64,000 bases of DNA from the NCBI GenBank assembly GCA_963844965.1, contig CAWJQC010000007.1, positions 64,001 through 128,000 on the forward strand. The letters run 5' to 3'. A program made the translations under genes and the position numbers. Below the pieces are notes generated by a model. It made no database searches. It was given only the letters and a program-made list of their open reading frames with translations, and was not told the origin of the DNA. Numbering within the stretch: position 1 is the first letter of the stretch; each line of letters starts with the position of its first letter. Below, one piece after another: positions 1 through 8,895 of the stretch. The DNA is from an uncultured bacterium (lineage in GTDB: Bacteria > Patescibacteriota > Minisyncoccia > UBA6257 > 2-01-FULL-56-20).

Positions 1-193
1 CGAGGCGTTGTCCAGGGAATCCTTGGGGGCTCAGCTTAAGTTGGCGAACAAGGAGGGGATATCGCTCGCCTTGATATTGGGGCAGAAAGAGATTTACGAA
101 TCGTCGGTCATAATCCGCGACATGAGGACGGGGTTGCAAGAATCCGTGCCTTTAGATAGACTGGTTGATGAAATTAAAAAGCGCTCGAAGTAG
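1..193 (+). CDS. C-terminal anticodon-binding domain of a class II aminoacyl-tRNA synthetase, most like histidyl-tRNA synthetase (5' end outside the window)
   Basis: Translation ...QLKLANKEGISLALILGQKEIYESSVIIRDMRTGLQESV resembles the HisRS/ProRS/ThrRS anticodon-binding fold. The ORF is open to the window edge. Confidence 0.5.
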   Translation, partial: EALSRESLGAQLKLANKEGISLALILGQKEIYESSVIIRDMRTGLQESVPLDRLVDEIKKRSK

Positions 194-280
194 AGTAATC
201 GCTAATGACGCGAATGATAGCAAATAACGCAAATAAAATTCGCATTATTGGTAAAAATTAGCATTATTCGCGAACACTCT

Positions 281-712
281 ATGGAAGATTGTATCTTTTG
301 TAAAATAGCGGTCAAGAAAAATCCGGCCTTCGTCGTCTACGAGGACGAAGAAACGATGGCGTTTTTGGATGTTACTCCGCGCGCGGAGGGGCACACCATG
401 GTCATACCGAAGCAGCATTACGCCACGCTCGTTGACTTGCCGGAATCGGAGGTTAAGGCGCTTTTTCTGGCCGTGAAGTCGGTATCGGAGCTTCTTCTTA
501 AGAACCTGAACGCGGAAGGGCTTACGATCGGCATCAATCACGGCGCGGTGAGCGGCCAGGTTGTGGGGCACCTACACGTTCACGTTCTGCCAAGATTCAG
601 CAATGATGGTGGCGGCATGATTCAGTCTATCGTGCACCAGCCACCCACGAGTTCGCTAGGAGATACGCTCAAAAAAATACTGGCGAAATCAAAAGGCCGA
701 AAATTAAATTAA
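281..712 (+). CDS. HIT-family (histidine triad) nucleotide hydrolase
   Basis: Carries the HxHxHxx triad as HLHVHVLPR and an N-terminus MEDCIFCKI typical of HIT proteins. The start was moved to the internal ATG that fits the family N-terminus. Confidence 0.8.
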   Translation: MEDCIFCKIAVKKNPAFVVYEDEETMAFLDVTPRAEGHTMVIPKQHYATLVDLPESEVKALFLAVKSVSELLLKNLNAEGLTIGINHGAVSGQVVGHLHVHVLPRFSNDGGGMIQSIVHQPPTSSLGDTLKKILAKSKGRKLN

Positions 713-787
713 AGATGAAAAATGAAATATTAAAAATTAGTACCCATGCGCATTTTTAATTTTTAATATTTAATTTTTTATTTTTCG

Positions 788-1006
788 ATGTCAAGCGTTG
801 AAGCAAAAAGAAAACAGGGCGAGTCGGCTTCAAGCCTTCTCTATAATTTCACCAAAAGGGTAAAACGCAGCGGCGTTTTAAAGGAAGCGCGCAAACGCCG
901 TTTCCACACGCGCCGGATAAGCCGTCTGAAGCGGCGCCTTTCGGCGATTCACCGCGACAATAAGCGGAAAGAAATGGAAAGGGCGCGCAAGCTGGGCATT
1001 CTATGA
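788..1006 (+). CDS. rpsU: 30S ribosomal protein S21
   Basis: Small, very basic protein with the FKRxxxRSGVLxExRKRRF pattern of S21. Confidence 0.6.
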   Translation: MSSVEAKRKQGESASSLLYNFTKRVKRSGVLKEARKRRFHTRRISRLKRRLSAIHRDNKRKEMERARKLGIL

Positions 1007-1018
1007 ACCATATATTTT

Positions 1019-1474
1019 ATGTCTACCCACGACAAAATTAAAGAAGACCTGACGGTGGCGTTGAAGAGTGGCTTGAAAGACCGCATCAGTGTTTTGCGCA
1101 TGATTATGGCGGAGCTTCACAATAAAGAAAAAGAAAAGCCGGCGGATAAGCAATCTTTGATCGAAGAAGAAACGCTCGCGGTTTTGAAAAAAGAAGTTAA
1201 AAAAAGAAAGGAGGCCATAGAACTTTTCCGAAAAGGAAACCGGGAAGATTTGGCAAAAAAAGACGAAGCCGAACTCAAGATTATCGGCGAGTATCTGCCG
1301 CCGGAGATTGACCCCGCAGAAATCAAAGCGGTCGTTGAGCGGCTCTTCACCGCGGGTAACAAAGAATTCAACACGCTGATGCGCGAAACGATGAAAGAAC
1401 TCGCGGGCCGCGCCGATGGCAAGATTGTGAGTGAGAATCGTGAAAGAGAAGTTGGCAAAATAAGCCGTGGTTGA
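1019..1474 (+). CDS. GatB/YqeY domain protein
   Basis: N-terminal LKxxLKxxLKxRxxxxLxxLRMIxAExxNKE pattern and ~150-aa length, as in YqeY. Confidence 0.7.
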   Translation: MSTHDKIKEDLTVALKSGLKDRISVLRMIMAELHNKEKEKPADKQSLIEEETLAVLKKEVKKRKEAIELFRKGNREDLAKKDEAELKIIGEYLPPEIDPAEIKAVVERLFTAGNKEFNTLMRETMKELAGRADGKIVSENREREVGKISRG

Positions 1475-1550
1475 CGCTGTATTGCAGCGGTCGGGCGTTG
1501 CTCGGCTTTTTTGTTATTGACTATGGCCGTTTTTTCAGCGAAGATATGTC

Positions 1551-1958
1551 TTGATGGTTAGAAAATTGGGAAAAACACCACTCGAAACGCGGCTTGAATC
1601 GCTCTCTCAGCGGCTGTTTCGCGTTCTCAAAATTAAAAACTCCTACGCGGAGGTTTTTTTATTGAGCGGGGCGGAAATGCGGCGTTTAAGCAGGAAATAC
1701 CTCAAAAAAAAGAAGGGCTATACGCCGGATGTCCTAAGTTTTGTTGAGCCAAAAGGATTCCCGCACCCGGAAAAATCAAAGAAGCTTCTGGGTGAAATTT
1801 GTATAAATGAAGACATTGCCCGTCGCGACCCGAGGCGCGCGCGGGTGCTCCTCCTGCATGGACTTTTGCACATCTTGGGCTACACACACGACAAGAAAGG
1901 TGATACGCTGAAGATGGAGCGGTTAGAACGAAAGCTGATTAAAAAATTAACGAATTAA
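1551..1958 (+). CDS. ybeY: rRNA maturation endoribonuclease YbeY
   Basis: Metal-binding motif HGLLHILGYTHD (HxxxHxxGxxH) and ~135-aa size. Confidence 0.8.
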   Translation: MMVRKLGKTPLETRLESLSQRLFRVLKIKNSYAEVFLLSGAEMRRLSRKYLKKKKGYTPDVLSFVEPKGFPHPEKSKKLLGEICINEDIARRDPRRARVLLLHGLLHILGYTHDKKGDTLKMERLERKLIKKLTN

Positions 1959-2030
1959 CGAGTTCACGAGTTAGCGCGACGCTTATTGTTTTTATTTAAC
2001 CCGTTAACCGATTAATTGTATTTACTAATT

Positions 2031-3257
2031 ATGTCTTCTAACTTTATAACCGGCTTAGATATCGGAACTTCCGCGATTAAAGTCGCTGTTGCCGAGAACA
2101 AAGACAACCGGCCGGCGCTAAAAGCGGTTTTTAAGGAACCGTCCATGGGATTGAGGAAGGGCGCCATTACCGAGCTCGCGGAGGCCTCCCAGGCCATAAG
2201 CCGCGCCCTCGCGGAGGTCAAAAAGATTTCCAAATCCGCGGCGAAGAACATTTACGTGAACATAGGAACTTCGCAGGTCAAGGCACAGGTTTCAAAAGGA
2301 ATAGTAGCGGTATCCCGCGCCGACACGGAAATTTATCGCGACGACGTAGATAGGGCAGTCAAGGCGAGTCAGGCGGTAAATCTCCTGCCGAATCGGACTA
2401 TCATACATAACGTCACGAGGGAATTCGTAGTTGACGGAGTCGGAGACATTCCTGACCCCTTGGGATTGTCTGGCAGCCGCCTTGAGGTGCAGAGTCTGGT
2501 CATAGACGCATTCTCTCCTCACGTGAAAAGCCTGGTCAAGGCCGTGGAACTTGCCGGTGGTCAAGTATCGGGACTCGTATTCAGTCCGCTTGTCGCAAGC
2601 CGTTCGTCTTTGAGCAGGAGCCAGAAGGATCTGGGAGTCGCGCTCATAGATATCGGATTCGGCACGACGGGCCTCGCGATTTACGAGGAGAACAAATTGT
2701 TGAGCGCGGTGAAGTTCCCGGTCGGCGCCTCCAACATTTCCAACGATTTGGCCGTCGGTTTGAAGATTCCCGTTCCGGCCGCGGAGAGTTTGAAATTGAA
2801 TTATGGCTACGCCTTGGCTCGCGACGTCGGGCAGAAAGAGTCCGTGGACCTCAAGAAATTTTTCCCGGAGGCTAAAGGAACAGTTTCGCGCCGTTTTGTG
2901 GCGGAGATTATAGAATCGCGGCTTGCCGAAATTCTGGATTTTATTAATAATGAATTGAAACTTTTGGAGAATCGAGGAAAGTTGCCCGGCGGAGTTATGT
3001 TAGTTGGGGGCGGAGCGAAGATGCCGGGCTTGAGCGACCTCGTCAAACAGGAACTGAAGCTTCCGAGCCAGGTAGGATTGTCTCTCGGCGATGAATGGGG
3101 AACCGAGGGCGCAAATTTTGAAGAATTTTTGGAAGATCCGGAATTTGTCACAGCCTTGGGGCTGGTCCTTTGGGGAACAGATAATGAGGGTTGGAATCGG
3201 AGCGGAGCGCTTTCCGGTTTCAGTGTCAGAAATGTCGTGAAATTGTTTTTGCCATAA
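2031..3257 (+). CDS. ftsA: Cell division protein FtsA
   Basis: Actin-like ATPase signatures (LDIGTSAIKVAV ... MLVGGGAKMPGL). It sits immediately upstream of ftsZ. Confidence 0.85.
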   Translation: MSSNFITGLDIGTSAIKVAVAENKDNRPALKAVFKEPSMGLRKGAITELAEASQAISRALAEVKKISKSAAKNIYVNIGTSQVKAQVSKGIVAVSRADTEIYRDDVDRAVKASQAVNLLPNRTIIHNVTREFVVDGVGDIPDPLGLSGSRLEVQSLVIDAFSPHVKSLVKAVELAGGQVSGLVFSPLVASRSSLSRSQKDLGVALIDIGFGTTGLAIYEENKLLSAVKFPVGASNISNDLAVGLKIPVPAAESLKLNYGYALARDVGQKESVDLKKFFPEAKGTVSRRFVAEIIESRLAEILDFINNELKLLENRGKLPGGVMLVGGGAKMPGLSDLVKQELKLPSQVGLSLGDEWGTEGANFEEFLEDPEFVTALGLVLWGTDNEGWNRSGALSGFSVRNVVKLFLP

Positions 3258-3387
3258 CCTTCCAATACATGAATCCCGTTAGAAGCCGCGATCGCCATAT
3301 CAAACAACAAATCAGTCCCATGTACTACAGTCGTTGTTATAAAATAATTTTACAGACTCGCATCAATCGCGATCTGCTTCTAACGGG

Positions 3388-4638
3388 ATGAAAGAGAGCA
3401 AGAAGCAGCGCCATATTCAGAAGAAGAAGGAGAAGCCCCAAGAAATCTTGGCGAATATAAAAGTGGTCGGCATTGGCGGCGGAGGGGGAAATGCGGTGGC
3501 GCGCATGAGCAAGAACTTCATCCGCGGAGTTGAATTTGTTGCCATCAATACCGACCATCAGGACCTTGACCGGTGCAGCGTGCGCAGGAAAATTTATATC
3601 GGTAAAAATCTCACGAAAGGATTGGGCACCGGCATGAATCCGGACCTCGGGAGGCAGGCGGCGGAAGAGAATAAGTCGGAGATTGCGGAGGCGCTCGCAG
3701 GCGCGGATATGGTTTTTGTGGCGGCGGGGTTGGGCGGCGGAACCGGTTCCGGCGGAGCGCCGGTCATTGCCGAGGTCGCGAAGCACAGCGGAGCGCTCAC
3801 GATTGCCGTTGTCACGAAACCCTTCGCTTTTGAAGGAGCCCAGCGCGACAGGATCGCCCGCGAGGGCCTCGTGAAGCTGAAGGACAAGGTGGACGCCATA
3901 ATCGTGGTTCCGAACGATAGGATTTTCAGTATCATCAGCAAGGATACGCCGATCATGAAGGCCTTTGACGCAATTGACGACGTTCTGAGGAACGCGCTCC
4001 GCGGCATTGTTGAGCTGATTGTTTCTCCGGGGATAATCAACGTTGACTTCGCCGATGTCAAAACGATAGTTCAGGACGCCGGCGCCGCCGTTATCGGGGT
4101 CGGGATTGGGTCTGGTGCTGACAGGGCCGCGAGCGCCGTCAATCTGGCGCTAAGCTCGCCGCTCGTTGAGGCGACTGCCGAAGGCGCGAAAGCGGTGCTT
4201 TTGGGAATTTCCGGCGGGCGCGATTTGAAAATGAACGAGATAAATGAGGCGGCAAAAGTTGTCGCTCAGGTAGTAGATCCGGGCGCGCGCATAATATTCG
4301 GTGCGTATCACGATAAGAACTTGCGGCCGAACCAGGTCAAGGTCACTTTGATCGCTACCGGTTTTAACGGCAATCAGCCAAGCTCCCTTTTTCCCGGCGG
4401 CCAGTCGGGCGAGAAACATCCGGGTTATGGCGTGGAGTCGGCGCATGGCGACGACAAATCCAAAACCGGCATTGCTGATGCGAGAAAGACACAAGTTTTC
4501 AAATCTAAGCAGGAAAGCGGCGCGGTGCAGGCCGTTGCTGATAAAAGAAGAGACGATAATTTTCCGCAGAAAACCGAGGCGGCAAAAAGCGACAGCGACT
4601 GGGACTTCCCGACGTTTTTGAGAAAAAAGAAAAAATAA
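3388..4638 (+). CDS. ftsZ: Cell division GTPase FtsZ
   Basis: Tubulin signature GGGTGSG and VVGIGGGGGNAV, followed by a C-terminal low-complexity tail. Confidence 0.95.
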   Translation: MKESKKQRHIQKKKEKPQEILANIKVVGIGGGGGNAVARMSKNFIRGVEFVAINTDHQDLDRCSVRRKIYIGKNLTKGLGTGMNPDLGRQAAEENKSEIAEALAGADMVFVAAGLGGGTGSGGAPVIAEVAKHSGALTIAVVTKPFAFEGAQRDRIAREGLVKLKDKVDAIIVVPNDRIFSIISKDTPIMKAFDAIDDVLRNALRGIVELIVSPGIINVDFADVKTIVQDAGAAVIGVGIGSGADRAASAVNLALSSPLVEATAEGAKAVLLGISGGRDLKMNEINEAAKVVAQVVDPGARIIFGAYHDKNLRPNQVKVTLIATGFNGNQPSSLFPGGQSGEKHPGYGVESAHGDDKSKTGIADARKTQVFKSKQESGAVQAVADKRRDDNFPQKTEAAKSDSDWDFPTFLRKKKK

Positions 4639-4654
4639 TCCGCTTAAGAATTTC

Positions 4655-4678
4655 AACCCCCTCTGTTGCGAGGGGGTT
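4655..4678. terminator. Bidirectional intrinsic terminator between ftsZ and rmuC
   Basis: Hairpin AACCCCCT-N8-AGGGGGTT flanked by T-runs, lying between two convergent genes. Confidence 0.6.
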
Positions 4679-4701
4679 TCACTTCTGGCTGAGGTCGTTT
4701 C

Positions 4702-5748
4702 CTAATCGTCGCTTTCAGTGTCTGGTCCTTCAATCGCCATGGGCTCTATATTCATGCCTTCGCCGGTGATTTTCAGAACGTCTTTGTCCACTTTTTTCAG
4801 TTCTTTGTAGGCTTTTGTATACATTCCTACCGTTGTTCCGAGGTGTGTTCCCAATTTTTGCATGTAGGCATCGTAGCTCCCGAGATGTCTTCCCAATTCT
4901 TCCACGCGGGCGCGGATTTCCTTTGCCGATTCTTCAATTTGCATCGCCTTTAGTCCCTGGAGGACCGTTTGCAGATAGGCGAGAAACGAAGTGGGGGAGA
5001 CGATGATCACCTTCTTATCTTTTGTCGCGTACTCCACGAGGTCGCGCGTGTTCGCCTTTACCGAGCCGATTTTGTTGACGAGAAGATCGTAGTAAATGGC
5101 TTCGGAGGGGATGAACATGAAGGCGAAGTCCATCGTGCCTTCGTTGGGCTTGATGTATTTTGACGTTTCGTCAATTCTGGTTTTGAGGTCGTTTTTGAAT
5201 ACTTCCTCAAGTCGTTCCCGCTCGGCGTCATTTTTCGCTTCAAGAATGCGGTTGTAATTATCAAGACTGAATTTGGAATCAATCGGTATGATCCTGTCTT
5301 TTACGAAAATGATGGCATCCACAATCGTTCCGTCCTTGAATCCGTACTGCATTTGATACGTACCCGGCGGCATGACATTCTTCAAAACCGTTTCCAGGTA
5401 ATATTCGCCGAGTATCCCGCGCTGTTTCGGGTTTTTCAGGATATCCTGGAGATTTTTCAGCTGGTCGGTTATGTTCATGACCTGCTTTTGCCCTTCGCCC
5501 ACCTTTGTGAGCTCGGTCGTGATTTCCTTGATGATTTTGGCGCTTTCGCCGAATTGTTGCTGGATCACCTTCGTAGATTCGCCGAGTTTTGTATCAAGCG
5601 TGCGTGAGAGTTCATTGATTTGGTTCTGAATCAGTAGAAACGCCTGATCTTTTTGATCGGTTTTCTTGTGAGCTCTTACGAAATTCCAGAAGATGGCGAT
5701 TCCCGCAGCTAAGACTATTAAGACGATTATGAGGAGTATTGTTTCCAT
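4702..5748 (-). CDS. rmuC: DNA recombination protein RmuC
   Basis: N-terminal transmembrane segment, a long coiled coil, and a C-terminal RmuC-type domain (FAFMFIPSEAIYYDL). Confidence 0.8.
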   Translation of the reverse strand: METILLIIVLIVLAAGIAIFWNFVRAHKKTDQKDQAFLLIQNQINELSRTLDTKLGESTKVIQQQFGESAKIIKEITTELTKVGEGQKQVMNITDQLKNLQDILKNPKQRGILGEYYLETVLKNVMPPGTYQMQYGFKDGTIVDAIIFVKDRIIPIDSKFSLDNYNRILEAKNDAERERLEEVFKNDLKTRIDETSKYIKPNEGTMDFAFMFIPSEAIYYDLLVNKIGSVKANTRDLVEYATKDKKVIIVSPTSFLAYLQTVLQGLKAMQIEESAKEIRARVEELGRHLGSYDAYMQKLGTHLGTTVGMYTKAYKELKKVDKDVLKITGEGMNIEPMAIEGPDTESDD

Positions 5749-5788
5749 TTTTTTAATTCTAACTTTTTTCGTAAAAATTTAAAACAAA

Positions 5789-5818
5789 ACCGCCGAGCAC
5801 GTATACCCGGCGGTTTTA
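5789..5818. terminator. Hairpin plus T-run, a possible bidirectional terminator
   Basis: ACCGCCG-N11-CGGCGGT palindrome flanked by AAAA on one side and TTTT on the other. Confidence 0.5.
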
Positions 5819-6164
5819 TAAAAGGCGTTTCATTTCGACCGTTATCTCAAGATGATTTTCGCCACAGTGCACAGTGGCGAGCGCACTAAACCATCTCAAT
5901 CAAACGCGTTCTACTTTGAAATCTTCTCGTTAGCCTTAGCCGCTGGATTGCTCCAAGCCGTAGGCGGTGGGCCGATAAATCGACTCTGCCTGTATGGGGG
6001 AGGCCTTTCAGCATTCCCGACTTACCTTAAGTATAGCTCCTATATTCCTCAAAGTCAAATTGTTTTATCCACAGGACAAAACATCCCCAATTTGAGCCGG
6101 GGTGTTTTTTGGGTTGCGTTTACCAGCGTCCCTGTCCGCCGCGATCTCCGCGCAGAGCCGGTTC

Positions 6165-6190
6165 AAAGAAAAAAGCTGCCATACGGCAGC
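6165..6190 (-). terminator. Intrinsic terminator of the small minus-strand ORF at 6217-6387
   Basis: Perfect GCTGCC-ATAC-GGCAGC hairpin followed on the minus strand by TTTTTTCTTT. Confidence 0.65.
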
Positions 6191-6216
6191 TATCTGGAGG
6201 ATTTACCTCCCGCACT

Positions 6217-6387
6217 TCATTTTTTTGAGGCGCGTTTTTTGCGCTTAGTACTTTTTGTGGCTGTCTCGTCAATAATTGACTCTATCTGCTTACGCCTTTT
6301 TTCTGAAACCCCCAGAATTTTCGCGACTTCTTTTGTTGTCGGGTATGGTGTGGTGATTAGGACCGGTTTCTTCTTTTGTTTTGCCAT
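6217..6387 (-). CDS. Unannotated 56-aa basic protein (MAKQKKKPVLITTPYPTTKEVAKILGVSEKRRKQIESIIDE...), possibly a small HTH-like DNA-binding protein
   Basis: Not in the ORF track because it is under 60 aa. A strong GGAGG Shine-Dalgarno sits 7 nt upstream, and its own terminator follows immediately. Confidence 0.55.
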   Translation of the reverse strand: MAKQKKKPVLITTPYPTTKEVAKILGVSEKRRKQIESIIDETATKSTKRKKRASKK

Positions 6388-6499
6388 TTTCTAGCCTCCT
6401 CGTACGAGTTAATTGATGCTAAATTTATTATATCGTCATATATACAATAAAACAACCCCGACTTTGTGTCGGGGTTGTTTTATTGTCTCAAGCGGTAAA

Positions 6500-6805
6500 T
6501 TACCAACGTCCCTGTCCGCCGCCGTAACCGCCCCTGTCTCCGCGAGGAGCCCGGGGTTCTAACGGCCGCGCTTCGTTGACCGTGAGCGTGCGTCCGCCGA
6601 ATTCCTTTCCGTTCCACATTTCAATTGCCTTGTTTGCCTCATCGTCAGAGGACATCTCAACAAAGCCGAAGCCCTTGGAGCGGCCGGACATCTTGTCAAC
6701 GATTACCGTTGCCGAGGTGACCGTGCCGGCCTGGGCGAAGGCGTTTTGCAATTCGTCCTGCGTCGTAGAGTAGGGCAGACCGCCAACGTATAACTTCTTA
6801 GCCAT
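6500..6805 (-). CDS. Glycine-rich RNA-binding protein with an RRM domain
   Basis: RNP-1 motif KGFGFVEM and RNP-2 motif LYVGGL, with a C-terminal RGDRGGYGGGQGRW tail. A ~290-nt upstream region has no ORF and is likely a long 5' leader. Confidence 0.9.
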   Translation of the reverse strand: MAKKLYVGGLPYSTTQDELQNAFAQAGTVTSATVIVDKMSGRSKGFGFVEMSSDDEANKAIEMWNGKEFGGRTLTVNEARPLEPRAPRGDRGGYGGGQGRW

Positions 6806-7118
6806 TAATTAATAAATTAACTTCTAGCTTTTAGCTCAAAGCTTTTAGTAATTTTAGTCTTCTAAAACCTAACAGCTAACACCTAAAAACTATTTTCTTG
6901 TAAGGCGACCGATTTCTCTTTATTTCGCGCACACCTCGCACACAGTTTGCTGTTGCGCGGGGCATATCCACACCTTATTTGTGCGTAGATTCGCGTTTGC
7001 GAGAACACTTACAAACATATGTAGTATACACCAATATGAAAAATAAAGCAAGAGGCGGGCTTTTTAGGCTATTTGCTTCACGCCGCTACCTCGGGCGGTG
7101 TATACTTTTTGTATATAT

Positions 7119-7589
7119 ATGCCCAAAACCAGCGCGGGAATAATTTTATATCGCAAACGCGAGGGTGGATTGGAAGTTTTGCTTGTGCACCCAGGAGGAC
7201 CGTTTTGGGCTAAAAAAGATTCGGGCGCATGGAGCGTGCCGAAGGGGGAGATTGAATCCGGCGAGGACTTGCTATCCGCCGCCAAGCGGGAATTTGAAGA
7301 GGAACTGGGGTTTACGCCGCCGTCCGTAGAGCTCTTGCCACTCGGGACGATTATTCAGAAGGGCGGGAAGGTAGTTTATGCCTGGGCGATTGAAGGGGAT
7401 TGTGACGTCCGGGCGATAAGAAGCAACACTGTTAAGGTTGAATGGCCGCCGCACTCGGGAAGACTTCAAGAGTTTCCGGAAGTGGATCGCGCGGAGTTTT
7501 TCGGAATTGAAGAAGCGAAGAAAAAAATCAACCCGGCGCAGGTTGAGCTTCTGGAGAGAGCTGGAGAGAAAAAAGGATTAGGAGCGTAA
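7119..7589 (+). CDS. NUDIX hydrolase
   Basis: Nudix box GEIESGEDLLSAAKREFEEELG. Confidence 0.85.
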   Translation: MPKTSAGIILYRKREGGLEVLLVHPGGPFWAKKDSGAWSVPKGEIESGEDLLSAAKREFEEELGFTPPSVELLPLGTIIQKGGKVVYAWAIEGDCDVRAIRSNTVKVEWPPHSGRLQEFPEVDRAEFFGIEEAKKKINPAQVELLERAGEKKGLGA

Positions 7590-7614
7590 TTTGTCGCCCC
7601 CCCTTATTTCTGTG

Positions 7615-8253
7615 TCATGCTCGGCCGAACAGCAGATAATCCTTCGGGAATATGTATTTTGTAATATGGAAAATACCGAAAGAGATAAAGAGTGCGGAGA
7701 AAACGTCTATGGAATAGTGAAGATGCCCTAAAAGGACGCTTGTGCCGCCGATCGCGGTTGAAAGAAGGAAGAAATACCTTGGAAGTTTTTCTTTCCAGAA
7801 GATGATCGCAAAGAGAAACGGCAAGCCGGTGTGCGCGGAGAAGAACAGATCGTCGCCGGAGCTCAGCTTGTGGAGAATTTCGGTCGGGTCTATATACGAT
7901 TGGGCAAGGGGAGGAGCAAGATGCGTGAGGACCATAAAAAGCGAGCGCACGAGCGTGAAAAGCGCCGCACCCTTCAAGACGAAGGGAATTCGCCGCGGTT
8001 CGTGGAGAAGCATTATCACGACTATGCATATAAAAATTAAAGCGCCCTCGTTGAAAACGAAGTCCACGTTTACTACTGGCAAATTGTCCAGAATGATATC
8101 CGTGACGGCGTTGCTCGCGCGAATGGTGGTGTAAATGTTGGCGTAATACGTCGCGACCAAACTTGCCGCAAGTAGCAGCAAGCCGAACAAAACCTGCCAA
8201 ATGAACGATTTATTTGGCCAAAGTAACTTGTGCTTTTGGAGAATTTCGCGCAT
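7615..8253 (-). CDS. PAP2-superfamily membrane protein (phosphatase / sphingomyelin-synthase-like)
   Basis: Polytopic membrane protein with SAHTG and HYSIDV motifs, the PAP2_C-type SGH...H..D pattern. Confidence 0.5.
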   Translation of the reverse strand: MREILQKHKLLWPNKSFIWQVLFGLLLLAASLVATYYANIYTTIRASNAVTDIILDNLPVVNVDFVFNEGALIFICIVVIMLLHEPRRIPFVLKGAALFTLVRSLFMVLTHLAPPLAQSYIDPTEILHKLSSGDDLFFSAHTGLPFLFAIIFWKEKLPRYFFLLSTAIGGTSVLLGHLHYSIDVFSALFISFGIFHITKYIFPKDYLLFGRA

Positions 8254-8336
8254 TTATCGCTTTGTTGCCGTCCCCGGCTGCTTGTATGGTAGTATACCAC
8301 TCCCGCGCACAGCGCGGGAGTGGTGGCTGGGGAAGA

Positions 8337-8813
8337 TTACTGCTGTGGGTTTGCTTGCTGTCCGGGATTACCTGCGGGGCTATTGGTCGGCCGTATTTGT
8401 ATTGACTGCGCGGTTACGCTGCCGTCGGAATTGGCCGTGCCGACAACGGTTACATTTTCTCCCGTCGTGAGGTCGTCAAGAGTGCCGTTCACCGATTTCG
8501 TTATGGGCGTGGAGTTTGAGACAAGGACTATTTTCGTGGAATTCCCGGAACTTGTAGAACTGCCATTGCTCAATTCCACGATTATGCTCTGGTTATCTTT
8601 GGAGATAATTTGTCCGGATACGAATCCGCCGCTATTTCCTCCGCCGGATCCACCGTTCCTCATCCTTCCTGTTCCAAACCCTTGGCCTCCTGCCGATGTG
8701 CCGCTAGACGGACTTTTAGTTCCGGTTTGCGACTTGCCATATATCATGCCGCCGTAAAACACGGCTATCACAACTATGAGTGCGCCGACGATTGTAATGA
8801 TGCGTTTTTTCAT
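8337..8813 (-). CDS. Secreted / membrane-anchored hypothetical protein, paralogous to the 14311-14789 gene
   Basis: N-terminal signal anchor, a G/S-rich linker, and a C-terminal TGENVTVVGTANSDGSVTAQSIQI block shared with the 14311-14789 gene. Confidence 0.6.
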   Translation of the reverse strand: MKKRIITIVGALIVVIAVFYGGMIYGKSQTGTKSPSSGTSAGGQGFGTGRMRNGGSGGGNSGGFVSGQIISKDNQSIIVELSNGSSTSSGNSTKIVLVSNSTPITKSVNGTLDDLTTGENVTVVGTANSDGSVTAQSIQIRPTNSPAGNPGQQANPQQ

Positions 8814-8895
8814 CTTACGGTTTTTATTTAAGCCACCCGACTAAGTGGCCGGTTTATTTGTGCTCAAGTGTTTTTTATCGGATTAGGTTCAGCGT

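Noticed and set aside
3594-4061. 155-aa minus-strand ORF and other antisense ORFs inside ftsZ
   Set aside because: They lie inside a highly conserved gene on the opposite strand. Ala/Ser/Pro-rich translation is typical of antisense GC-rich coding DNA.
5826-6175. RNase P RNA or tmRNA in the ORF-free segment
   Set aside because: Only loose resemblance to the P4/CR-I consensus (GAAAGGCC...CCATA). No tRNA-like end and no tag-peptide reading frame were found by eye. Left as an unassigned candidate.
5852-6394. 180-aa plus-strand ORF in the ORF track
   Set aside because: It is low-complexity, runs through two hairpin terminators, and overlaps a well-supported minus-strand small gene that has a ribosome-binding site. 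Treated as spurious.
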